A DNA stretch of 64,000 bases, taken from Adineta vaga (taxonomy: Eukaryota; Animalia; Rotifera). Location: the NCBI GenBank assembly GCA_021613535.1, contig CP075494.1, positions 11,780,001-11,844,000 on the forward strand. The letters run 5' to 3'. Position 1 is the stretch's first letter. Each line of letters begins with the position of its first letter. Under the pieces are notes generated by a model that was given only the letters and a program-made list of their open reading frames with translations, had not been told where the DNA came from and did no database searches. Shown piece after piece: positions 39,201 through 50,687 of the stretch. The position numbers were made by a program, and so were the translations under genes.

Positions 39201-42200
39201 ATCGTCGTCGTCGTCGTTGTCGTCGTTCTGTTGTAGTCGTTCGTTATTCATCAGCTCTACAAATATAAAAATGAAAATACATTTACATCGGACAACTTAG
39301 ATGTGCGCATTTTCAAGTATTCTTTTCGGGAGGTCTAGTCATCTTTGTGTACTCGACTATTGTCTAAGTATTCGATATCATTATTAAACAAGACGAATAG
39401 GATTTTATGTCTGATTTTTGATTGAAAATAACAATGCAAATCTTAGCTTTACTCTTTTTCTCGTTTACTACATTGATTACGTCTTAAGATTGATTACTTA
39501 CATTGTCGAAATAGATGACCTCCTTCATGATTGAACAGTTCAAAGAATGTGTTAAAAAAAACGAAAGAAAAGGAAATGCGTATCGATGTGTGTACTCTTT
39601 TTTCTTTCTCTTCCTCGTTCGTTTGTTCGTTCGTTCTTTCTCACCTTGCTGTTCAAGAGCAATGACACATATATGTACATATGTCATTCATTTTCTATAT
39701 TGGTAATAATAATAAAAGCTCACCTTGATCATCATTTTCAATCGATGATGTGATTGATGATAATAATGATTCTGATCGTTTTGTAATGGAAAGAATTTCA
39801 TTTTGTTCATTTGTTATTGAAGGATTGATCTTTTCATAATTGCTATCGATAATATATGTATCAAAATCGACCTTTTCACTACTGAAACTTGAACTTGACA
39901 TGTCTAAAAGAAAAGAAATGAAGAAGAGAATACAAAAAAGAAAACGTGGTCAGAACTATTTCTATTGTTTATGCATTGAACTATCATTGCCATCAAAACC
40001 ATTTGTTCATTTTCTCTTCAACCTTCATCAATACATCTGTGTACGCCTTAGGATAGATTTCTCTTTGTCATTTATTGAAAAAAAAAATGCGGTCAAGTAG
40101 AAAAAAAGAAAAATATTGATTCTAATTTTATTGAAAAAAGAAGACTCTCTCTACTAATTATTTTTAAATTTCAACAAATGAATGAAGTTTCTTCGTGATA
40201 TGATTGATAGGCATATAGCGATAGGTAATGTCAAGTTATACATTTTGTTCTATTTACAATGTGACGTATAAAATTCTAAGGACGAACTGAAACGAAATCA
40301 GTTAGAAAGAAAAAGACAGCAACAACAACAACAACAACAATGATAATCATCGATCATAACGAGTTTCTCAAATAATTAGACTGATACCATCAAATCGACT
40401 CAATTATTACCGATTCTATACATACGAACATGCTTTTTTATGTATCGAATGAATCGTTCGTTATCGGGAAAGTTTCTCTCTGATAGAAACATATTTTTCT
40501 TCTCTAGTAGCTTTCACGACTATTATCACTCTTCGAATGTGAACACATGTGTAATGTGCACTTAACACCTCTTTTTCTTCCTATTCACTATCCTTCGGAT
40601 CATTCATACAATTTAAGTGAGAGTATTGTATTCATGAGAATTTGATGTAGTGATTGAAGAGTCTTTCAATTGGAATGCGTCAGATGGAATTCCGGATGTT
40701 TTCTTCTTGTTCGATGAACAAAAAAGAAAAGTACTTTGAAAGAAATTTTCGTTAGTGTTCATAATTAGGTGGTGTTACTAAAGCGAAAGATAAGTGTGAA
40801 AAGGTTTCGTACTGAGTTACATTTGATCTGCCATAACGAAGCAGAACACTAGCATCAAGGTCTAATGTTATAACTAAATAATATTTAGATGAATATCCTC
40901 CCACATTGATCATATGCATGAATCAAGATTTTTTGTTTCTTGATTAGTAAAATACTCGCGTCTTCGTATTGTTATATTTTGAGCAACTCTAGGTAAGCAT
41001 TAACTATCTAATTTGCTTAGAGCTATTACTAACCATAGCTTTGAAGAGAAGAATGATCTGATTCAAGACTAGCGCGCTCCATTGCTTGATTTTCCTGGAC
41101 ACACTCAGGACCCATCAGTACCATTGTGTTTCATATTGTAACAATGCTCAGGGTTATTCTACGTCTGGTGTCCTCGAGACTCGAATACAATACCTTGATA
41201 GAAGACGTCAAATAACTTTATTACTCAGTCGAAAGGGACGGCACAATTTTACTAGAGGCCAAATAAAGACTATTGGAAAAACAATCAAGAAAATAAATTC
41301 AAACGAAAACGAATATTAATTTATATACATTTTTTCGATTTCAGTTATCGATATATATATATATACATATGTGTACGCGTTTTTTTATCATTAGAGAAGT
41401 ACAAATTGGAAAAAAAAGTATACATACCATTAAAACTATGCTCATCTTCATCTTCGTTATTATTCGATGGTGATGATGATTGTGTTTGACAAAGTTCGAC
41501 ACTTTCAGTTCTTGATAGATTTTGATTTTCGAGAACAGTTATCATTTGAGATGATGAAGATGTATTAATTGTACTTTGTGAACCATGAATTGAAACATCT
41601 GATGATGATCGACTTGATGAAATTGTTTCAACGGGATGTTGATCTGCTTCAGAAAGAAATGTATTAAATGCACGATTGATCCATTCACCAAATGATGGCA
41701 ATTTAAATTCAAATTCAGGAGGAATCGATGATGGAACAGAATTTGCTGGTGGTGGTGGTGGTGGTGATGGCTCAGAAGTGATCAAATATTCATTGAAATC
41801 ATCTTTTCGAGCATCATCATCTTCTTCATCAGTAATACTTTCAAGTTCGTAACCGCGATAGTATTCTTTTTCGGGTGTTAATTCACTTTTTGCAGTAAAA
41901 TAAGTATCTTGTTCAGTCGTAAGAAGGGATGTAAACAATTCACTGTTCTCTGCGCCCAATCGATTTATAGATGTTTGAAAATCAATATTCACTAATGAGT
42001 CTTCGGATAAAGTTAAATTATCATTCTGGTTTGTCATTTCTTCAGATGGCTGTTCATCGATAAGAGTAGTAGGATTTGATTGATAAACTTTCTCTTCACT
42101 ATCTATATCAACACCTGTATTAGTAATCCATAGAGATGATCTTTTTAGATCCATTTCATTTGCAGCTGTTAGATGTGTGTAAGATTTCCCATGAGCGTTA

Positions 42201-45200
42201 TCAATGTTTGTACCTGAGTGATCAATAATTTCGGAATAATGTGAATTGAGTTCATCGACATCTTCATCTGTACTTGCGTAGGATATTTGCTTTGGTTTCG
42301 ATATCATTACATGATTTGTTAACAAAGGACTGTTTTGTTGGGATTGAATCACAGTATGTGATATATAGTTAATATCTGAATGAACTACCGAATGATTTAA
42401 TTCATGAACATCATCTGGCTTAGAATCACTCTTCGTCACATTATTCTCTGATACTAAGAAAAAAAGAGAAGAAAGAAAATGATCTCTTATTCAACATTGT
42501 ATTCATTATAAGATATAATACCTTGATGAATTTGATTTTGTTCATTTGTAATACATTTTTGATGAAGTATGGGTGGTGCTGAAAGATTTTTTTCATCACT
42601 GGATGAGCCACTATCCGTATTACTATCTGATCCATATTGTGTATGATATCTTCTTAATAATTGTTGATATTTATGTAGACGATCATCACTTTGTGATTTG
42701 ACAATAGAATATCGAAGATGTTTTCCATTCCCTTCAATATTCCATTCAATATTCTTTGTATTATTCAATAATGATGGTTGAGAACGTTTTGTAGTTGTGA
42801 TAGAAATAATATGTCCATAGAAATTTGTTGTAGTATTATTTTGTTGCACTTCTGATGGCGAAGAGACAATATGAAATGCTGATCCTGTCGAATTAAGACA
42901 TGACGATGTGAGAATTGACTCTGGTGATGGATCAAAATTCTGCCAACAATCGATCTGACCACATTGTAAGGTGATATTTTTGGATGCAATTGGTATCGAT
43001 GAATTCTTTTGATTGATTATTGGTTGAACTTGTTCAATTGAATAACGTGGATAAGTGTTTTTGTCATCTTCATCCTTATTCAATGATGTACTTTTCCAAA
43101 CACACGTGATCGTTTTGGTTAAACCAAATGAATTAGTTGGATGTATTTTGTTTGTTAATTGAATGAGATAGAGTGATGGTGCTGGAGTTGAATGATTTGA
43201 TTGATCAACTGTAGATACATATGTCGAATGTGGACGAAGTGGACGATCTTGTTTTGGTTCTGATAGGGAATCATCGGAGAGAGAAGAGAGAACTTGAGTT
43301 GGTGATGAGACTCGATATGAACGAGATTTTCTACGTAGAGGAACTGCTGAAGTCGATGATGAAGACGAGGACGACGAAGTAGAATTGGTGACAGATATGT
43401 CATGAGACGATGATCCAGATTTTGAAGGACGACCTGGACAAGAAAAGAAATAACAAGTCAAGATATATGTATGATGCAAAGAAGATATTGAAATGCATTT
43501 TCTAGGTAACTGTCATCATCTGAAGTGTTTTTACAAAACACACACACACAGATTTCAATTGTTTAATTGTCAAATCGAATCCGTCATCAGTATGATTCTA
43601 TTATTGATTGAATTATAATCGAAAACACTTGAAACATAGTTTCTATCATCTTTATTTTGATGCAGTGACTGACAGTCGATGCAAACATAAATAATAAGGA
43701 TTTGATACATTGAATATTCAATGGCGTTCATTTCTTTAAGTACGAAAAAGTATCATAAGAACTAATGTTGACTTCAGGATATAACTGACTTCTATCTATC
43801 TTCATCCTACTATCTAAATACAACAACAACAACAACCTTTAACAAATAAATTATATCTCTTTCGGTTGTTTTGATATGTATATCTGATAATAAAGCATTG
43901 ACTTACCACGAAGAACAAGTTTTGTTTTATTGAAAAATGTACCAATTGAAGGAAACATAGATAAATATCTTAAATCGATATTATTCGAATGAAATCTTTC
44001 GATATACTTAAATCAAATTAGAACAATAAAAATATTTCGATCGATTAAGTCGTATCGTACAAAATATAATACATAATGGTAATAGTATTCATTTATTGTC
44101 GACACCGCCTCCTTAGTAATGACATTAAGAGAAGAAAAAAAGAGAGAAAACGACTTGATTATTGTTCATCGTCTATTTCTTTTTATTCTCTCATTCTCTT
44201 TCGTTGGTCATCAAGAGACAGAGACTTATGTCCACAAACGTGTACTTATGATTACTAATTATAAATAGTAGTCTTTTTTTTATCCATCTCTCTCTCTCTC
44301 TCTCCCTTCATGATTAACTATAATGAAAAGAAAAGAAAAGAAAAGAAGTCAATCTCCTTAGATTTGTTAGATTGACTTTGGTCATGAATAATTCTAATTC
44401 TCTAATGAAAAATTCTACATGTATATTATTGATCACCTGGATCAATCTATGCATGCAAAATAACCAATGATCTGCAAATAATAATGGTTTTTACCTTCTG
44501 TCATCCTTTCTATTGTTCTACTTTGATCAAATTTCACTACCGTGTGGACGACAAACAAAATCTGTCTGACCGAAAACAACTAAACATTGATAGAGTTCTC
44601 AATTTTCTCATTTTACAATGATTTTTTCATATGTAAATATGTTGATGATGAAATAAGTACAACAAAAAGAAAAAGAAAAGAAAATATCCGATCAACTTGC
44701 ATATGAAATATATGTATATTTCTTTCTTTCTTCAACGTAATCATAAATGAATTTCTGCCGTAGTGATTTGTTTGATAATAATCGTTAAAATATTCAAAGA
44801 TTATTCTATCGAAAGAATCTGTATATCGATTGTAACATTCATTGTCGTTCTGTAATTATTCATCTACTACCGTCTACGTATTGATTATATTGTTAAACAA
44901 TAGGTAAAAGAATTCCTATTGAACATTTCGGTAGAATACCTTCTTTTTTTTTATACATGATAATACTGTCGATAGACATGATCAAAATTTCAATCTACTT
45001 ATACTAATATCAATGATAGAATTAGTATGATTTGGATTTCTCTTAATGAAAGAAAAAAAAGTAATTTGAGAAGAAATTTTTCTTTGGTTTTTTTTTTGTT
45101 ATTGATGAAGTATATTTGTATATGTCATTACTAATCCATACTTCACTAACATCGCAAATAGAAGAATCATTTACTTATAAACAAAACAAGCTATTCTATA

Positions 45201-47198
45201 CCTTCTCTATGTCGATAACGTCGTTGTCGTTTGTCCGTTGTTGTTGTTGCTGCTGCTGCTGGTGATGATGATGACGAATTATTATGTCTATAACGTCGTT
45301 TTTTCTTCATTCCCATGAGATTATTTAATTGATTGTTTTCATTATCAGACATTGTCAACGGTATTTGACATGTATCATCATTTAAACTAGAAAAAACAAA
45401 ACATTAAATTAAATCAAATGATTAAAAAGAAAAAGTAGCTTCTTCTTGTTCTTCTTCTTTCTATTCCTTCTCTTTGACATCTGTTCGATTATTAATAACA
45501 AATGTTTTTTCCATATCAATTTAGAAGAAAGTTTAAATTACCTGTTGATATGAACATATTCAAACGAAAAAGAAGAATAAGTAAAAAAAAGAATCTAGGA
45601 GAATAAAGTGAAAATTCTTTTTCACTTTAACAACAGAGCAGCATTTTTTTCAAGTGTTCAAAGTAATGTTAACCTTGTGGAATACGAATAGTAACTACTT
45701 CTATACACATATGTATGTGAAGAGGAAAAAAATGGATTTAGCTTATTTACTAATAGTTATTAGAATGTATTAATATAAACTGAATGAGATTGAACAAAAA
45801 GTTTTCGCTTCTCTTTGCTTTTGCATAACTAACGTGTGGATTTTTTTCTCTCTCTCTCTCTCTCTCCCTCTCTTTTTCTGTGTATCAACGAAGAAGAAGA
45901 AGAAGAAGCCGTGGAAGAGAAGCGTGCATATAAAATTATTTATTTTAAAGTTCTCTTCATTTCACAGACAACTTGTGAATTGAAATACAAGATCGTAAGT
46001 TTATCTTTGCTTCGATTTCTCTCTAATCGAAGAGAAAATCCTTGAAGTAATACACCTTTTCTATAATCAATGTTAGCAAAAAAAACGTTTATATTGTGAC
46101 AAGTGAGGTTGTTTGTTCTCAATTGAGACTCTCGTCTTCTCCTTCCTTTGAATAATTGTATCGATAAAATTTTCCAGAAGTTCTTTTTTGTTTATTTTAA
46201 AAATATAAATAAAAAAAAACTGAAAGATGTTTCGAACGTTGAGTCTGTCGATAATTATCTTTGAATATAAAGAAATCAAAATACACGCATTCATTGTTAT
46301 GATTTTCAACATTCTCAGACTGAACTTTAACGTGTTATTACTACGCGTAAGTGTGAAGATTTCAAGAAAAGCAAGGTTATAGACAGAGAAAAAGTATGCC
46401 TTTTGAATTGATTTTATGATGGAATTAACGGAGAGTTGTCTATCATAAAAATAGGTGTCTATTGTATGAGATTCAATTCTTCTTTTTTTTCTAAAATTTT
46501 AAACGAACGTGGTGATATGAAATCCTTGTGCTGTTTTTGATTATAAATGAAACCTTTGTGTATTCATTCAACGAGTTTCTATGTTCTCATCAAATATCGA
46601 AATAGAAAATTTTTGTTATCGATTACCTATCTATTTCATATTGAGTATCGATGGTCACTGCTGGTGATGATGATGATGAATTGTGCTTTAAAATTAATCG
46701 TGGAATTTTACTTTTCTGATTTAATAAATGAGTTTTTGTTATTGATGATGATGAAGATGAATATTCACTTGTCGATGTTGAAATTCTCACAGGTATTTTT
46801 GATTTGAAACGTTTTGATTTATTTGAACTTTCAGGAGATTTGATTGTATTTATTAATAAAATTGATGAATCATGTGAAATAGCACGTCGTTTATTTATCA
46901 TTGATTGTTTAATTCTTGGTTCGACTTGTTCATGATGATGATGATGACGAAAATTTGAACATGTTGGGTCATGTTTATGTTGGGGCATGGAATAGGATGA
47001 TGAATTAGGTAAATCTTTTAATGATTCACATTTACATGTTGCGCAACGTGGGCACGGAGGAAGAATAATGCGCTCGTAACCTTGTAATAATGGATCACGC
47101 CAATCTCGTAATGATTCAGCAAAAACTAAGTGTTCATTGGAAGGCGTGGCACGAATATTAAATAATCCATGTTCAGGATTCGTTCCTGATTCAGCCAT
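33258..47198 (-). CDS. Giant (~2,450 aa) low-complexity protein with a C-terminal coiled coil; about 12 coding exons; function unknown
   Basis: ORF blocks at ~47198-46627, 45386-45202, 43433-42522, 42453-41428, 39904-39723, 39257-38878, 38250-38088, 37688-36496, 36421-35513, 35452-34492, 34419-33753 and 33450-33258 connect with phase-compatible GT-AG sites. It could be more than one transcription unit. Confidence 0.65.
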
Positions 47199-50100
47199 GG
47201 AATTGAAATTCAATTGATCTTAATCTGTTTAATACTCGCCGTTCGACACCCTGAAATAGGTTTATGTATAAAGAAGACGATGCATTGTTAAAATTTAAAA
47301 AGGTGTGCGTATATATGTGTGAATGTGTAGAGAAAGAACAAAATCAAAAGCAATTGATTTCATTCCAAAAGATGAAAGAGAACATAAAATACGTTCAATT
47401 GTTATCTATCTTTCGTACTTATGTCTTCAGGGTTGAATTGAACTTTTGCCAGTCATATTCTATCGTTAGTAGCGTAGTTATTATAACAGTTATTCTTTCT
47501 TTTTCTTTCTCTCGCTCTTTTCTACTGTCCTTTATATATGTATAGATCCGATCTTTCGACAGGTGTAGCACGCACAATATAACATAATACAGATCTCATG
47601 TTCATCTATCCTCTTTAAGATGAAAAGAAAAAAATTTCTTGTCTAATATTCTATGAGAAGAGAAGTGAATATATAAACAGATCTAGCATGATTTCAAAGA
47701 CCAATCTCTTAATGAATAGGAAAAGAAAGACAGAATAAACTCGTTGATACGCTCAATATTCACGCATATGATGAGTTACTTTATTTTGTCTTGAAATTAG
47801 ACACAATAGAGAAATGATGAAATTAAAATACAAATTAATCAAAAAGCATGTCTTTCTTATTAGTCTAGCCTACCGATTCACATCCGTCGTGGGCTGACTA
47901 TTTAATGTTTCTAGAATAAACGATTTCCGTGAAAATGTCTACTAAGATGCGATCGAGCCAATTGAACTCAATCGATCTATCATCTCAGAGACATATACAT
48001 GATCAAAAAAGAAAATGAAACAATAGAAGAAGTAGGAAAAAAACGACAATGTTGATGGTATTGTTAGTTTTTTTCTCTCTTCTCCTTCATCAGTTACTAA
48101 TGATCGAATATTCTCTTGAGAATCAACAATGACATTATTAGGTTTCTCTCACCTTCTTCTTTCTTTCTTTCTTTTTTTGTTTGATTCAATTGCAAATCAA
48201 TAAAATCGAAAATTTGTAGCAAATAGATTCTGATTTAATTTCATTTCTCACTTGAAAAAAGTTGGAGAAAAGAATGAATCATAACAAAATTCTTCCTTTC
48301 TTCTTCATATACTTCGATGCTTACGCGTCAAGTGCTCGAAGAAAAACAATAAGTGGCACTGATACGGTAAACTTCAATAAAGACCGATGGACAATGGAAA
48401 AGACAACAAGAGAAGAAAAAAAAAAGAGGACAATCGATATAATTCTTACGTCATGTACTCGAGCATATTTTTCTTTGCATCTATTACAAAAGATGATTTA
48501 TTAAACTATATATATATATCATTGTTTATATTATTACTCAACAATGCGCGATTCAGATTTTAATCAAAGAGAAAAAACACTGGAATAAAAAGTGCGAAAA
48601 AAAAGAATCAGAAACAGAGTGTCAAAATATAAACAGAACAAATGTATGGTAAAGAATTTACTAATTAATCAGCAGCGAGTATTCTTTTCCTCCTTTTTTT
48701 TCTTTCATGCCTAAGACGTATACACCGTCGATAGAAAAGGATGAATGAGCAGCAATAGTTATAATCACTAGCAGAAAAAGAGGAGAAGAAAAAAAAACGT
48801 GTGTTATGTGAAAAAGATTTTTCTTCTTTTTTTCTTTTCAAACAATAGTAGTACCACCTGATCAATATTAGTTTGATGATGTGAGCAGTGCACATAGTGA
48901 ACATATTGTATGGCTTGATAGATCTAACATGTCATAATGAAAAGAATTATGTTTTTTTTAAAGTGAAGTGAAGTTAGTTCCGTACATGCATATGCATATA
49001 TGTATATTAATCATATGAAAGTCAGAAGTACATTTTTCATATCGATGTTAGAATTCAAGTACTTTACTATCGTTTTCATTCTAATAGTGATAAAGATACC
49101 TTGTACTTAATCATATTAGTTGAATATGACATATACCTCGATGAATATATTTGACAAAGGTCAGGAATGATTGTGCATATATAAGATTATTATTATTATT
49201 ATTATTACGAAGCTTAGTCTTAGAAAAAGGTGTCACTTGGTGTGTCGATAATCGAGTATATACATCTTTGTACATGTATATGTAACATTTATTATTACGC
49301 TTTTCTTTTAATACATGTATATATTTGTATGTCAACGGATGAAAATGTAAATCGAGGAGAAAAGAAGTAAACTACATTACAGCTTTGTTGTAATCAAAGT
49401 TAGGTTTCATTATCGAAGTATAACCTTGATAGGAAAAATTATAAATGGATAAACGATATTTTTTTTTGATCAGATCATGTCTGGATATGAATGGTAAATA
49501 GTCCATTTACTCAGCTGATTTATGTGATTGTAGGAGAAGGTCTTACGGTAAAAAGGAAATCATAGTACGCATTAAAATTCGAGCGAGTTCCGGATTTAAT
49601 GATTTATCTGTGACAGTAATATGTTTTCATTTATAATTTGATGTCGAATTGTCCCCGAGTACTAGGTCATAACCGGAACGGAACTGGCTCGACGAAGCAC
49701 ATAATAGTATCAATTCAATGTCTTTTCTTTCGAAACTTTTCATTATACAGGAATTATTCAATATGTTGACCGCTGTATAGTTTTATTGATTGATGGCAAT
49801 ACGTCTTTTTTTTGTAACGATGAAGTTATATTTATTGATACAAAATCAATAATAATACAATAAGTAGACTTATCAAATGACATCTGTCATACATCTAGAT
49901 AACCTATTCAATGTTATGAGTAATATTTACGTCAATTCAAGGAAGTATTCGTCGCTTTTTACGTAACAAATTGATTTCATATTTTGTGAAATTTTACGAC
50001 TTATGTAGAGTGAATAAAACTTTTGAACTTTGAGAAAGAACAGTTCTTTCTAATCATTGATGGTTATAATTTCAACGTTTGTTATGATATCGTATATTTG

Positions 50101-50687
50101 AATAGAACAAGCTGCTTCTGTTTAATTTTATTATTATCTATCATAATTTACGAACCCCGCATGTATCTAAACTGCTGCGAGCATTAGAAAATATATATAT
50201 ATTAAAATATACGAAAACTCTTATTTCAATACAATCATGTTGCAAGTTTGTCTAATTCTTAATGTATTTAACTAAATCAATACTTTAACTTCTGTTGGCT
50301 TTCGATCATTCAATAATACAAAACAACTAAGAGACAGACAGAGTCCAATTTTAATGAAACTTAGACCGTTAAATAGACAAAATACATTTTTTGTGGATTA
50401 TTTCGATAAATATGGGCAAAAATGACATTTATTTGGATTCTACCCACTTAAAATGTTGATTATGAATGCTTGTATTGATCTGTCTTGTTTTTACGGCTAA
50501 GCAATTTAACAATAAAAATCAACGAGAAAAGGCATCTAGAAAAGTAATAATTACTTATAAAAGAAATTATGTTTACTTATTTTTCTTTTAGTGAGTCATG
50601 CATGCGTTGTAACTTAAATGAATCGCATTCATATAAGTCGTCAGTAAAGTCAGTTATAACCAAAAAAAACAAGGTAGTGTCAGAAGC

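Noticed and set aside
49400-50600. Transposon or MITE remnant upstream of ART-TPR copy 3
   Set aside because: No terminal inverted repeats, target-site duplication or transposase fragment could be identified.
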